From assembly GCA_963716255.1 (NCBI GenBank), contig OY970303.1, positions 7,520,001 to 7,584,000 of the forward strand: DNA of 64,000 nt, given 5' to 3'. This DNA comes from an uncultured Gemmatimonadales bacterium (GTDB taxonomy: Bacteria > Gemmatimonadota > Gemmatimonadetes > Longimicrobiales > Longimicrobiaceae). A program made the translations under genes and the position numbers. The notes beneath the pieces are model-generated. The model searched no databases, had not been told where the DNA came from, and saw only the letters and a list, made by a program, of their open reading frames with translations. Positions 18,330-28,693 of this stretch are shown in pieces. Each line of letters starts with the position of its first letter. Position 1 is the first letter of the stretch.

Positions 18330-19252
18330 GCCGGGGCCTCCGCCGGCGCGGGCGCCGCGGCCGGAGCGCGGTACGCCGGGAAGAACCCGTCCGCCGCGCC
18401 GCGCGGGGCCGCGAGCGCGCGGTACCGGGCCGGGTCGCAGATCCGCCCGCACAGGTACGCCGTGCGCGTGCCCGTGGCCCAGCCGCGCTTGAAGCGCGCG
18501 AGCCCGTCGTCCGCGCCGGGGCGCACGCCCGCGCCCAGCACCAGCCAGCGCGCCCCCGCGTCCGCGAACGCGTCCAGCGCCGTGCGGAACAGGGCGAAGG
18601 CGGCGCGGAGCGCGTACCCCGCCTCCGCGTACGCGCCCAGGTGGTAGTAGACCCGGTCCTCCTGCCGGTACCACAGCGTCATGCCCACCGTGGCGCCGTC
18701 GTGCGCCGCGCGGAGCACCGAGATGCCGGGAACGCCGAGCTGGCGGCGGAACGCCTCGCGCGGGAACGCAGCCACGCCGGTGATCCCGTGCCGCGCCGCG
18801 AGTACGCCATAGAGCGCCACCCACTCGTCCAGCGCCGCAGCGGGCTCGGCGACCGGCTCCACCCGCACGGCGGCGAGCCCGCGGCGCGCGCCGCGGCGGT
18901 GGTGCGCCGAGACGAAGCGCTCCGGCGACTCGCGCAGGTCCGCCACGAAGTGCTCCTTGAACGGGCGCACCAGGTCGGGGAACGCCGCGCGGAGCCCCGC
19001 CTCCCCGCCGTGCCCGCCCAGGGGGTCCGCCACGGCCACCACGCTCACCAGCCCGGCGCCCGCCTCGTCCAGGTCGTCCGCCAGGCCGGACCAGTCCGCG
19101 CAGCACAGCAGCGGGTAGGGCCCCGCCGCGTCGCGCCAGGCCGTCCCGGGGACCTCCCGCTCCACCAGCCAGCCGCCCGAGCGCGGCAGCGCGCGCGGAG
19201 CGCCCGCGAAGCCCAGCGAGGCGGCGTACTCCGGGTGCAGGTAGCCGGTCAC
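18326..19252 (-). CDS. GNAT/FemAB-like acyltransferase
   Basis: YYHLGAY, LVLGAG, DGLARFKRGW, FFPAYR. Confidence 0.75.
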   Translation of the reverse strand: MTGYLHPEYAASLGFAGAPRALPRSGGWLVEREVPGTAWRDAAGPYPLLCCADWSGLADDLDEAGAGLVSVVAVADPLGGHGGEAGLRAAFPDLVRPFKEHFVADLRESPERFVSAHHRRGARRGLAAVRVEPVAEPAAALDEWVALYGVLAARHGITGVAAFPREAFRRQLGVPGISVLRAAHDGATVGMTLWYRQEDRVYYHLGAYAEAGYALRAAFALFRTALDAFADAGARWLVLGAGVRPGADDGLARFKRGWATGTRTAYLCGRICDPARYRALAAPRGAADGFFPAYRAPAAAPAPAEAPA

Positions 19253-20529
19253 GCCGAGCGGGCCGCGAGCTCCTGCGGCGATTCCCGCAGAGCCTCGGTC
19301 GTCCAGGGGAGCAGGGGCCGCACCGCGCCGGGCCACTTCCCGAACCACCCGCCGCGCAGGTCCGGGGCATCCGCCACGTGCACCACCAGCAGGTCGCGCT
19401 GCTCGAACACCACCGCCTCCCGGTCGCGGAACACCCGCAGCTCCAGCGTGTGGAGCCCGTCGTTGAGCAGGTCGCCGGGGATGCGGCACACGTCGCGGTA
19501 CAGGCCGGCGGGGAGCGGGCGCGGCTCCACCGGCGGGCCCGCGTCGAAGATCAGCGTCCCCCCCTCGTCGTACGCGCGCAGGCTCAGGTCCATCCGCGCG
19601 CCCGGCTGCAGGTTCCAGTACTCGATCTCCACCAGCGCGGGGGTGCGCACGTCGATGGGGTCGCCGGGCACCCCGCCCGCGGGCCTCACCCGGGCGGCGC
19701 GCAGGCGGAACTCGTCGTTGCCGGGGGCGCCGTCCCGGTCCGGCCAGGCCCGCTGCACCGTGGACTCCACCGCGTGGCGCAGGTAGCGCGAGACCACCGC
19801 CCCCGACTCGCCCTGGTCCACGACGGCGCCGTCGCGGAGCCAGATCGCGCGCTCGCAGAGGCCCCGCACCGCCGGCATGTTGTGGCTCACGAAGAGGACG
19901 GTCCGGCCCTCGCGCGCCACCTCGCCCATCTTCCCCAGGCACTTCTTCTGGAACGCCGCGTCCCCCACCGCCAGCACCTCGTCCACCACCAGGATCTCCG
20001 GCTCCAGGTGCGCGGCCACGGCGAAGGCCAGCCGCAGGTACATCCCGCTGGAGTAGTGCTTCACCGGCGTGTCGATGAAGCGCTCCACCCCCGCGAACGC
20101 CACGATCTCGTCGAACTTGCGGTCGATCTCCGCCCGCTTCATCCCCAGGATGGCGCCGTTCAGGTAGGTGTTCTCCCGCCCCGTCAATTCCGCGTGGAAC
20201 CCCGTCCCCACCTCCAGCAGCGACCCCACCCGGCCCCGGATCCAGGCGTCGCCCACGGTGGGCTCCGTGATCCGCGACAGCACCTTGAGCAGCGTGCTCT
20301 TTCCCGCGCCGTTGCCGCCCACGATCGCCACCGCCTGGCCGCGGGGCACCTCGAACGACACGTCCCGGAGCGCCCAGAACGCCTCCTCCGCGGAGCGCCG
20401 CCCCGCCAGCAGCCCGCCCGCGGTGCGCAGCCCCTCCATGAACGCCTCGCGCAGCATGGTGGGACGCCGCGCCCGCGCGATGCGGAAGCGCTTGCCCAGT
20501 CCCTCGACCCGGATCGCGAAGTCGCTCAT
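19249..20529 (-). CDS. wzt: Polysaccharide ABC exporter ATPase with C-terminal Wzt-C domain
   Basis: FWALRDVSFEV, GGNGAGKST, YSSGMYLRLAF, DEVLAVGD, VSHN; ~180 aa C-terminal extension. Confidence 0.92.
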   Translation of the reverse strand: MSDFAIRVEGLGKRFRIARARRPTMLREAFMEGLRTAGGLLAGRRSAEEAFWALRDVSFEVPRGQAVAIVGGNGAGKSTLLKVLSRITEPTVGDAWIRGRVGSLLEVGTGFHAELTGRENTYLNGAILGMKRAEIDRKFDEIVAFAGVERFIDTPVKHYSSGMYLRLAFAVAAHLEPEILVVDEVLAVGDAAFQKKCLGKMGEVAREGRTVLFVSHNMPAVRGLCERAIWLRDGAVVDQGESGAVVSRYLRHAVESTVQRAWPDRDGAPGNDEFRLRAARVRPAGGVPGDPIDVRTPALVEIEYWNLQPGARMDLSLRAYDEGGTLIFDAGPPVEPRPLPAGLYRDVCRIPGDLLNDGLHTLELRVFRDREAVVFEQRDLLVVHVADAPDLRGGWFGKWPGAVRPLLPWTTEALRESPQELAARSA

Positions 20530-20535
20530 TCGTCC

Positions 20536-21372
20536 TCAGACCACGTCCGCGAAGGTCCGCTCCAACCGGCGGAAGTAGAAGGCGCCCCCCGCCAGCAGCG
20601 CCGCCGCGGCCAGCGACGACACCGCCAGGGTGCCGCCGGGCGCCGGGCCGGTCCCCAGGAGCGCCCAGCGGAAGCCCTCCACCACCCCCACCATCGGGTT
20701 GATCCCGTACACCGTGCGCCACGGCTCCGCGAGCAGGCTGCTCGGGTAGGCGATGGGGGTCGCGAAGAGCCACAGCTGCACCAGGAACGGCACCACGTAG
20801 CCCACGTCGCGGTAGCGGACGTTGAGCGCCGAGAGCCAGAGCCCCACCCCCAGGCTGGTCGCCAGCGCCAGCAGCAGCAGCGGGGCGATCCAGAGCGCCT
20901 CCGCCCCCGGAGCGATCCCGTAGAACGCCAGCATCCCCGCGAGCACCGCAAGCGCCAGCGCGAAGTCCACCAGCCCCGCGAGCACCGCGGCCAGCGGAAT
21001 CGCCAGGCGCGGGAAGTACACCTTCTTGAGCAGGTTCTGGCTCAGCACCAGGCTCTGCGTGGACATCGCCAGGCCGTTGGCGAAGAAGGTCCAGGGGACC
21101 AGCGCCGCGAACGCGAACACCGGGTAGGGCACCCCGTCCGAAGGCATCCCCGCCAGCCTTCCGAAGAACAGGCTGAACACCAGCATCGTCGCGAACGGCT
21201 GCAGCACGGCCCACGCCGCGCCCAGCGCCGTCTGCTTGTAGCGCACCTTGACGTCGCGCCACACCAGGAAGTAGAGCAGCTCCCGGTAGCGCCACAGCTC
21301 GCGCAGGTCGGGGATGCTCCAGCCCTTGGAGGCGTGGATCCAGGTGACTTCGGCCGGTGTGTCGGTGGTCAT
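20536..21372 (-). CDS. wzm: Polysaccharide ABC exporter permease
   Basis: RDVKVRYKQTALG..W, LLKKVYFPR, NPMVGVVEGFR. Confidence 0.92.
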   Translation of the reverse strand: MTTDTPAEVTWIHASKGWSIPDLRELWRYRELLYFLVWRDVKVRYKQTALGAAWAVLQPFATMLVFSLFFGRLAGMPSDGVPYPVFAFAALVPWTFFANGLAMSTQSLVLSQNLLKKVYFPRLAIPLAAVLAGLVDFALALAVLAGMLAFYGIAPGAEALWIAPLLLLALATSLGVGLWLSALNVRYRDVGYVVPFLVQLWLFATPIAYPSSLLAEPWRTVYGINPMVGVVEGFRWALLGTGPAPGGTLAVSSLAAAALLAGGAFYFRRLERTFADVV

Positions 21373-21404
21373 TCTCGGGTTCGACTGCTTTGGACTGCGG
21401 GTTC

Positions 21405-21480
21405 GGGCGTGCCCCCGCTGACGCGGGGTCGGGCTTCGGCTCCGTAAGCCCGCAAACAACGCGGGCTAACGGAGTCGAGC
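21405..21480 (-). repeat. ~130-nt structured repeat, copy 6 (internally deleted, 3' half only)
   Basis: Matches the 3' arms, then jumps directly to the family's flank sequence GCTGGCGT. Confidence 0.9.
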
Positions 21481-21565
21481 GCTGGCGTTCGCTGCGGCCC
21501 CCGCCCGGCTCGCTCGAGGCTCGCCACCCTCCCCCGTTCCGGGGGAGGGGGTCGCCGTTCCGCAC

Positions 21566-22837
21566 TCACACACTCCCGCACTGCCGTTCCGCACTCCGCA
21601 CTTCGTGCTCCGTACTCCTTCCCGCCAGCCCGTCGTACACCGCCTCGTACGCCGCGGCGGTGAGGTCGGGGCCCAGGTTCGCGAGCGCCCAGGCGCGGGC
21701 CGCGTGGGCCATGCGCGCGCGCCGCTCCGGGTCCGCGAGAAGGCGGGTCGCCGCGGCCACGAAGTCGTCGCCGCTCGTGGCGAGGGCGGCGTGCGTGCCG
21801 GGCACCACGTCCAGCCCCTCGAAGGCGAGCGGGGAGCCCACCACGGCCTTGCCGGCGGCAAGCGCCTCCGCGGTCTTCACGCGCATCCCGCCGCCGCGGC
21901 GCAGCGGCGCCACCACCAGGGCGGCGCGGTCCAGGCGCGGGGCCAGGTCCGGCACCCAGCCCGCCACCTCCAGGCCGCCGCCTACCAGCGCGCGCAGGCG
22001 CTCCGGCGGGTCGTCGCCCACCAGCGCAAGGCGCAGCCCGGGGAAGCGGGCGCGCAGGCGGGGAAAGAGGTCGCGCGCCAGGTACAGCGCCGCGTCCAGG
22101 TTGGGCGGGTGCACGAAGCTCCCCACGAACAGCAGCTCCGGCGGGTCCGCGCCCAGCGGGTCCGCCGCGCGCTCCGGCACCGGCGCGGCCAGCGGGATGC
22201 GCGCCACGGGGGTCGCGGCGCCCAGCCGCTCCACGGCGGCGCGGTCCCGCTCCGTGTAGACCACGGCCGCGTCGGCGGCGCCCACCACCCCCGCCTCGTA
22301 GCGCTCCCAGCGGCGGGCGTCCGCCCGCCAGAAGGCGCGCTCCCACCCCGTCGCCGCCAGCACCCGCTCGCGCGCCGCCGGCAGCCCCGGCTCCTGCACC
22401 GTCACCACGCGCAGCGCGCCCCGGTCCTCCACCGCGCCCAGGTACTGGCCCATGGCCGTGGACTCCGCCTGCACCACCTGCGGGCGCCATTCGCGGGCCA
22501 GCGCCCGCACCCCGCGCGCGAAGGCCGCGTCCCACCGCCCCGCGACCCACAGCGGCTTTCCCTCCGCCAGCCGGGGGAGCACCGCCAGCGCCCGCGTCCA
22601 CGGCCGCAGCGACGAGGTGGAGATCCCCGGCCGCCGCCCCTCGACGAGGCGCTCGCAGGCGCGCGCAGTCGCCGGGTCCGCCGGCGGCTCGTCGGCGGCG
22701 CGCAGGTACGCCAGAGCGACGCGATTGCGCTCCGCCAGGGCGCACACCAGCTGGGCCACGGCCCGGCTCCCCCCGTGGCGGCCGTCCAGCCGCGGGGGAA
22801 AGGGCGACAGCACCAGCACGCGCCGGCCGCCGCTCAC
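21566..22837 (-). CDS. Glycosyltransferase family 4
   Basis: LLFVGSFVHPPNLDA, PLRRGGGMRVKTAEALAAGKAVV. Confidence 0.9.
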   Translation of the reverse strand: MSGGRRVLVLSPFPPRLDGRHGGSRAVAQLVCALAERNRVALAYLRAADEPPADPATARACERLVEGRRPGISTSSLRPWTRALAVLPRLAEGKPLWVAGRWDAAFARGVRALAREWRPQVVQAESTAMGQYLGAVEDRGALRVVTVQEPGLPAARERVLAATGWERAFWRADARRWERYEAGVVGAADAAVVYTERDRAAVERLGAATPVARIPLAAPVPERAADPLGADPPELLFVGSFVHPPNLDAALYLARDLFPRLRARFPGLRLALVGDDPPERLRALVGGGLEVAGWVPDLAPRLDRAALVVAPLRRGGGMRVKTAEALAAGKAVVGSPLAFEGLDVVPGTHAALATSGDDFVAAATRLLADPERRARMAHAARAWALANLGPDLTAAAYEAVYDGLAGRSTEHEVRSAERQCGSV

Positions 22838-24321
22838 CGCAGCCCCGCAACGGCGCGCAGCACGCCCAGGAAGGGGCGCTCGTCCGCCGGTCCCGCGGCG
22901 GCGTGCTCGTCGGCCGCGTGGCGCAGCCAGCAGGCGTGGCGGCACAGCTCCGCGAAGGGCGGTGGGATCGACAGCGCGTCCACCAGCCGCGCGCGGCGCC
23001 CCGCCAGCTCCGCAGCCCAGGCGCCGCCCGGCCGGAAGCACTCCGCCCACGCGCGGTCGCGGGCGCGGTAGCCGTGGGCCGCGGCCGCGGCGTCCGTCGC
23101 GGCGTACTCCAGGTCGGCGAGCGGCCACCCGTCCGCCCGCGCCGCCTCCCAGTCCACCACCCCCAGCCCGGCGCCGCCCAGCAGCAGGTTGTGAAGCGTC
23201 AGGTCCCCGTGCGCGGCCACGAAGGGGAGCGGCCGTCCCTCCACCCGCGCGCAGAGCGACCGCACCCGGGCCGCGTACGCGCCGCCGTCCGCAAGCAGCG
23301 GGGCGAGCAGCCGCAGCGGTCCCATCACCTCCCGGTCGATCCGGTCCGCGCCGAGCGGCCGCGTGTGGACGGTCGCGCGGTTCCACGTCTCCAGCCAGCC
23401 AGCGGCGCGCCGCAGCACCACCCTCGCCGCCGCGGGATCCGACCTCGCCCCGTCCGCCGCCCTGCCCCCGGGGACCACCGAAAGCACGACCACGCGCCGC
23501 CCCGCCGCCCGCGCGGTGCCGAGAACCCGGGGGAGGCGGGCGCCCGCCGCCTCGGCCGCGCCACCCAGCCGGGCGATCACCTCCGCTTCGTCGGCCTGCG
23601 CGCCGGCGCGCGCCACCTTGGCGACCGCGGCGTGCGCCCCGTCCGCCCCCAGCAGGTGCAGCAGCACCGAGTCGTCCGCGCCGCGCCACCCGTGCACGGC
23701 GACCACGCCGTCCGGCCCTCCCGCCGGGCCGCCCGCCTCGCCCAGCCAGCTCCACGGCGGGCGGTCCTCCGGGCGCCGCGCCACGAACCCCACCGTCGGC
23801 CACGCTTCCGCGGCGATCCGCCGCCACCCGGGGATCGCCGCCGCCGCGCCCACCAGCCGCCGCAGCGGCGCGGGGAGGGGGAGCACGCCGTGGACGAGGA
23901 GCTGCACCTCGGGGCGCCGCAGCGGGACGAGGAAGCGCTCGGTCCCGCCCGCCGCGAGGTGCGCCACCGCCGGCTCCACCCGCAGGCCGGCCCGGCGGAG
24001 CCGTGCCGCCACCGCTCCCCGCCACCCGCGCGGCGGCAGCACGTACGCGATCCCGTCCACCGCCAGCTCCAGCCGCACCCGCGCCGCCGCGTCCGCGAGC
24101 CACCCGCGCGTCCGGCACTCCGCGGCGTCCGGCGCCAGCCAGAGCAGATCCGCGCCGCGCCCGGCGTCCGGCCGCGGCGCCGCGCGGCGCCGCGACCGCG
24201 CGCCCACCGCGGCCTCGGCACGCACCTCGCCGCCGGGGTGCATCAGCTCCACGGCGCGCAGCGGCACGGCGGCGGCCGGCACCCCGGCCACCGGGAGCTC
24301 CGCGGCAAGGGTCGCCCTCAC
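22834..24321 (-). CDS. APH/choline-kinase-like phosphotransferase
   Basis: VAKV, AHGDLTLHNLL, VVDWE motifs; coupled by GTGA overlaps. Confidence 0.75.
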   Translation of the reverse strand: MRATLAAELPVAGVPAAAVPLRAVELMHPGGEVRAEAAVGARSRRRAAPRPDAGRGADLLWLAPDAAECRTRGWLADAAARVRLELAVDGIAYVLPPRGWRGAVAARLRRAGLRVEPAVAHLAAGGTERFLVPLRRPEVQLLVHGVLPLPAPLRRLVGAAAAIPGWRRIAAEAWPTVGFVARRPEDRPPWSWLGEAGGPAGGPDGVVAVHGWRGADDSVLLHLLGADGAHAAVAKVARAGAQADEAEVIARLGGAAEAAGARLPRVLGTARAAGRRVVVLSVVPGGRAADGARSDPAAARVVLRRAAGWLETWNRATVHTRPLGADRIDREVMGPLRLLAPLLADGGAYAARVRSLCARVEGRPLPFVAAHGDLTLHNLLLGGAGLGVVDWEAARADGWPLADLEYAATDAAAAAHGYRARDRAWAECFRPGGAWAAELAGRRARLVDALSIPPPFAELCRHACWLRHAADEHAAAGPADERPFLGVLRAVAGLR

Positions 24322-25232
24322 CGCCCGGTCTCCAGCATGGCGCGGCGCCACGCCGCCACGTCCTCGCGCAGGGAGGCGCGCCGCGCCCCTCCCGCCAGGC
24401 CGAGCGCCGCCGCGTCGCGCAGCAGGCGGAAGAGCATCTTGGCGCGCATCGTCCCCACCCAGAACGCCAACCGCGGCCCCCGGCAGTGGCGCCGGTAGAA
24501 GCGCAGCGTGCTGCGGAAGTGCTGCACCGCCATCCCCGCGCGCACCTGCGACGTGCTCGCCGCGCCCACGTGCGTCACCCGCGCCTCCGGGACGAAGTGC
24601 ACCTCCCATCCCGCCGCGGCCAGGCGGCGGCACAGGTCCACCTCCTCGAAGTACATGAAGAACGACTCGTCGAAACCGCCCGCCTCCTCGAAGGAGCTCC
24701 GCCGCACCGCCAGCGCCGCGCCCAGCGTCCAGGGGACCGCCGCGGCCCGCGCCGGGGGCGAGAAGCGCAGCAGCGCCCCGCGAACCGCGGGGATCCACCC
24801 GATCGCCGGGGCCACCGGGTCGTTTTCCAGCAGCCAGCGCAGCGTGCCGGGAAAGGGAAAGCACGACGCCTGCGGCGAGCCGTCCGGGTCCAGAAGCCGG
24901 GGGCCGGCGATCGCGGCGCGCGGATGCCGGTCCAGGTGGCCGGCCAGCGCCTCCAGGGCGCCGGGCTCCACCCGCGTGTCGCTGTTCAGCACCAGCACGT
25001 ACGCCTCGGCGCAGGCGCGCACCCCCAGGTTCGCCGCCGCGCCGTACCCCGGGTTGCCGTGGCCGGCCAGCAGCCGCGCCTCCGGGAAGGAGGCGCGCAC
25101 CATCTCCACGCTGCCGTCGCGGGAGGCGTTGTCCACCACCACCGTCCGCACGCCGCCCGGGACGGACGCCAGGCAAGCGCGCAGGTGCTCGCGCGTGTCG
25201 TGGTTCACGACCACCACCGCGAGCGGGGTCAT
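24318..25232 (-). CDS. Glycosyltransferase family 2 (rhamnosyltransferase-like)
   Basis: VVDNASRDGS, LVLNSD, GGFDESFFMYFEEVDLC. Confidence 0.92.
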   Translation of the reverse strand: MTPLAVVVVNHDTREHLRACLASVPGGVRTVVVDNASRDGSVEMVRASFPEARLLAGHGNPGYGAAANLGVRACAEAYVLVLNSDTRVEPGALEALAGHLDRHPRAAIAGPRLLDPDGSPQASCFPFPGTLRWLLENDPVAPAIGWIPAVRGALLRFSPPARAAAVPWTLGAALAVRRSSFEEAGGFDESFFMYFEEVDLCRRLAAAGWEVHFVPEARVTHVGAASTSQVRAGMAVQHFRSTLRFYRRHCRGPRLAFWVGTMRAKMLFRLLRDAAALGLAGGARRASLREDVAAWRRAMLETGR

Positions 25233-26419
25233 GGCCGGGGCGTGGCCGCCGCGCGCGCTCCGGGAACGGCGGTCCAGGTGCCCTCCAGCGGCCGGCGCGG
25301 GCACGGCGGCCAGCCGCGGATCCCCAGCGCGTGCTGCGCCTCCACCTCCGGCGGGGCGCCGGGGGCACCCACCATGGTGTGCGCCACGTACCCCGCCGCC
25401 GCGGCGACCCCCGCGGTCAGGTAGTGGAGCAGGTGCAGGGGGATGGCGGCCACCAGGAAGCCGGGGCCCCGCGCGCGCAGCAGGAAGCCGTAGAACCCCC
25501 GGTTCAGCGTGACCATCCCCGCGAAGGTGGCCGCCGACGCGAACAGCCCCGCGTGGGAGAACAGCTCCCCCGCGGCGGAAAGCGTCACCACGGTGAGCAG
25601 CGCCAGCAGCGCGCTCAGCCGCTCCTGCGGGCGCAGGTTGAGGGACCGCATCTCCCCGACCGTTCCCTCCTGGAGGAGCAGCCGCATCCAGGGGACGCCG
25701 CGGCCGGCGAAGTCGGTGGCCAGCATCCCCCCCAGCGTCCAGCGCTTCAGGTGCGTCCCCTGGATCTCCGGGCGCAGCTCGATTCGGTGCCCCCGGCCCC
25801 GCAGCCGCCGCCCCATCTCGATGTCCTCCACCTGCGGGCGGGGGTAGTGCCACTCGTCGAACATCCCCACGTCCAGCAGCGCCGCGCGGCGGATCGCCCC
25901 GCACCCGCTCCAGAACGTTTCCGCGGCGCCGCCGCCCTGCTGGTGCACGTAGTGGTGCAGCAGGTTGCGGAACTGCGACACGGCCCCGGCCGCCGCCGGG
26001 AGCGCGTCATACGAGCCGAAGGCCGCGCTCAGCCCCGGCTCGTCCGCGAAGAGCCGGGCGAAGCGCCCCAGCGTGTCCGGGTGCACCGCCACGTCCGCGT
26101 CCACGAACACCAGCAGGTCGCCGCGGGCGGCCTCGGCGCCGCGGTTGCGGGCGTACGCCGGGCCGTGCGGCCTGCCCGGGAGGCGCACCACCACGTCCGC
26201 GTGCTCGGCCGCCCGCAGGACGCCCGCGTCGGCGCTGGCGTCGTCCACCACCACCAGCTCCCACTCCGCGCGGGGGAGATGGCTGGCGGCCAGCGCCTCC
26301 AGGGTGCGGGGGAGTACGGCCTCGCCGTCGTGCACCGCCACCACCACCGACAGCCGCGGCGGACGGCCGGGGCCGGCGGACGCGGAGTCCCGCGCTGGCG
26401 GAGCGGCGTGCGCGGCCAC
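25229..26419 (-). CDS. Glycosyltransferase family 2 with C-terminal membrane region
   Basis: VVDDASAD, GPAYARNRGA, VFVDADV, EDIEMGRRL. Confidence 0.88.
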   Translation of the reverse strand: MAAHAAPPARDSASAGPGRPPRLSVVVAVHDGEAVLPRTLEALAASHLPRAEWELVVVDDASADAGVLRAAEHADVVVRLPGRPHGPAYARNRGAEAARGDLLVFVDADVAVHPDTLGRFARLFADEPGLSAAFGSYDALPAAAGAVSQFRNLLHHYVHQQGGGAAETFWSGCGAIRRAALLDVGMFDEWHYPRPQVEDIEMGRRLRGRGHRIELRPEIQGTHLKRWTLGGMLATDFAGRGVPWMRLLLQEGTVGEMRSLNLRPQERLSALLALLTVVTLSAAGELFSHAGLFASAATFAGMVTLNRGFYGFLLRARGPGFLVAAIPLHLLHYLTAGVAAAAGYVAHTMVGAPGAPPEVEAQHALGIRGWPPCPRRPLEGTWTAVPGARAAATPRP

Positions 26420-26421
26420 GG

Positions 26422-27939
26422 TCAGGCGCTCTCCGCCAGCGCCGGCGCCGGGGCGCGGCGCGGGTGAGCGGGGACGGACGGGGGGCGGATCTCCTCGTGG
26501 TAGTCGAAGTCCGTGTTCACCGCCCACACGTCGTGCTCCGCTCCCTGCAGGTTCCACACGGTCATCATGGCCGTGAGCATGGAGTGGTCCTGGTTGTTGT
26601 ACTTGTGCATCCCGTTGCGCCCGATCAGGTGCAGGTTGGGGATGGGGTCCAGGTGGGCGCGCACGGCGTCCAGGTGCTCCCGGTAGGCCGCGTCGTACAC
26701 GGGGTACGCCTTGGGAACGCGCACCACCGTGCCGTCGCGCACCCGCTCCGGGTCCGCCAGCCCCAGCGCCGCGAGCTCGCGAGTCGCCAGCGCAACCAGT
26801 TCCTCGTCGGGGGCGGTCCACAGGCCGTCGCCCTCGAAGCAGAAGTACTCCAGCCCCAGGCAGGTGCGGCCCTCGTCCGGGACCATCGCCGGGCTCCAGT
26901 TGCGGAAGTTCTGGATGCGCCCCACCCGCACCCCCGGCGAGTGCACGTAGATCCAGTTGTCGGGGAAGGGGTCCGCCTGGTCCAGGATCAGCGCCACCAC
27001 CAGGAAGTCGCGGTAGGCCAGCCCCTCCGCGGCCGCGGCCACCGGCGCCGGCGGGGCGGGGCGCAGCGCGCGCGCCAGCGAGCGGACGGGCATGGTGGAC
27101 ACGAAGTGCTCCCCCTCGATCCGCCGCGTCCCCTCCGGCGTCTCCGCCTCCACGGCCACCACGCGCCCGCCCTCCACGTGAAGCCCGCGCACCTTGTGCC
27201 GCATCAGCACCTCGCCCCCCATCTCCACCACCCGGTCGCGGAACGCCTCCCACATCTGCCCCGGGCCCAGGCGGGGGTACTGGAACTCGTGGATCAGCGT
27301 GCGGATGTCCGCGGAGCGCCGGGTCAGCGAGGTGGCGGAAAGGATGGCGCTCCACAGCGAAAGGTTCTGGATCCGCTGCGCGGCCCACTCCGCCGAGATC
27401 TCGGTGCAGGGCATGCCCCACACCTTTTCCGTGTACGTCCTGAAGAAGATCTCGTACAGCCGGCGGCCGAAGCGGTTGGAGACCCACTGCTCCAGGTTGG
27501 TTTCCACCGGCTCGGGGGAGATGCGGCTGCGCAGGTAGCTGGCGACCACCCGCAGGCTGTTCCACACGCCCAATCCCTCCAGGGCGTTGCGAGCTTTCAG
27601 CGGGTAGTCGAAGTACTTGCCGTCGTAGAAGATGCGCGACAGCCGCGGGACCGAGATGAACTCCGGGCCCAGGACCTCCTGCCACAGCGCCTCCACCGGC
27701 TCGTACTTGGTGAAGAAGCGGTGCCCGCCGATGTCGAAGCGGTACCCCTCGTACTGCACCGTGCGCGACAGCCCCCCCACCACCTCGTCCGCCTCCAGCA
27801 CCGTCACGAGGATCCCTTCGCGGGCCAGGAGGTAGGCTGCCGTCAACCCGCCGGGACCGGCACCGATGATGACGACCCGGTCGCCCGGGGCGAGCCGGTC
27901 CATGCTGCGGGGTGCTGCTGCGGCGGTCGAGGATGACAT
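26422..27939 (-). CDS. FAD-dependent oxidoreductase (HemY/UDP-galactopyranose mutase-like, polysaccharide-cluster type)
   Basis: [43 protein letters not shown]. Confidence 0.88.
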   Translation of the reverse strand: MSSSTAAAAPRSMDRLAPGDRVVIIGAGPGGLTAAYLLAREGILVTVLEADEVVGGLSRTVQYEGYRFDIGGHRFFTKYEPVEALWQEVLGPEFISVPRLSRIFYDGKYFDYPLKARNALEGLGVWNSLRVVASYLRSRISPEPVETNLEQWVSNRFGRRLYEIFFRTYTEKVWGMPCTEISAEWAAQRIQNLSLWSAILSATSLTRRSADIRTLIHEFQYPRLGPGQMWEAFRDRVVEMGGEVLMRHKVRGLHVEGGRVVAVEAETPEGTRRIEGEHFVSTMPVRSLARALRPAPPAPVAAAAEGLAYRDFLVVALILDQADPFPDNWIYVHSPGVRVGRIQNFRNWSPAMVPDEGRTCLGLEYFCFEGDGLWTAPDEELVALATRELAALGLADPERVRDGTVVRVPKAYPVYDAAYREHLDAVRAHLDPIPNLHLIGRNGMHKYNNQDHSMLTAMMTVWNLQGAEHDVWAVNTDFDYHEEIRPPSVPAHPRRAPAPALAESA

Positions 27940-28433
27940 TCGTTTGCTTCGAGTGCGTTTCGTGTAGGCAGGTACTGCCGGGTCGCGGGGCCTTCCCCCT
28001 CCGCCCGGGGCTCCGGGCGCAGCCCGGCCGGCGGCGCGCTCTCCGGGAGGGGGGCGAGCGCGCCGTGGAAGCGGAGGAGGTGGATGAGACGTTCGGGGAG
28101 CGCCGGGTCGTCGTCCGCCCCCAGCAGCACCACGTCGCCATTGGCGGCGGCCATGCCGGCGACGCGGAGCGCCCCGGCGGCCACGCCCGCGGCGGAGCGG
28201 AGGAAGAGTACCGCGGGGTGCTCTTCCTCCAGCGCGGGCGCGTCGTCCACCGGCCCGGCGCGGACGACCACGGTCTGCACCGCGTGCGCGGCGCACAGCG
28301 GGAGCAACGCGGCGAGCATCCCGCGGAGTGCTTCCGCGTCTCCGCGCGAGGTCACCACCAGGGAAAAGGCGGGAGTATCCGCCGGGTGCCCCGGGCGGGA
28401 ATGCGTCGACCTGTCCGCGCTCATCATCACCAT
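27843..28433 (-). CDS. Short GT2-N-terminal-like hypothetical protein
   Basis: FSLVV...[16 protein letters not shown] resembles a GT-A N-terminal half; 3' end overlaps the next gene. Confidence 0.4.
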   Translation of the reverse strand: MVMMSADRSTHSRPGHPADTPAFSLVVTSRGDAEALRGMLAALLPLCAAHAVQTVVVRAGPVDDAPALEEEHPAVLFLRSAAGVAAGALRVAGMAAANGDVVLLGADDDPALPERLIHLLRFHGALAPLPESAPPAGLRPEPRAEGEGPATRQYLPTRNALEANECHPRPPQQHPAAWTGSPRATGSSSSVPVPAG

Positions 28434-28693
28434 CGTCCAGGAACCTTGCGGGCAAGCCGAGAGGGGCGGGCCGTGTAGTCACCGGCCAGCCCGGAACAAA
28501 CGTTGCTCGCCGACGTGGACGGACGTGGGAAGTTCCGTGCCGCGTCCGGGGCATGGCACATTACAAGACGCGCCGTGCCAAGCGCTTGGGAGCGGCAAGG
28601 CTTTTCCCTGCCGGGCCGAGCCGGGAACGGGGCAGGAGGTGTTGCGCCAGCGCAACAGAATGTGCGGATCCCCTGTCCCCACGGTGCCCCGGA

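Noticed and set aside
28525..28582. sigma54 promoter for the polysaccharide cluster (TGGCAC on both strands)
   Set aside because: No TTGC at the required -12 spacing. The TGGCAC-N15-GTGCCA inverted repeat may be an operator but is unsupported.
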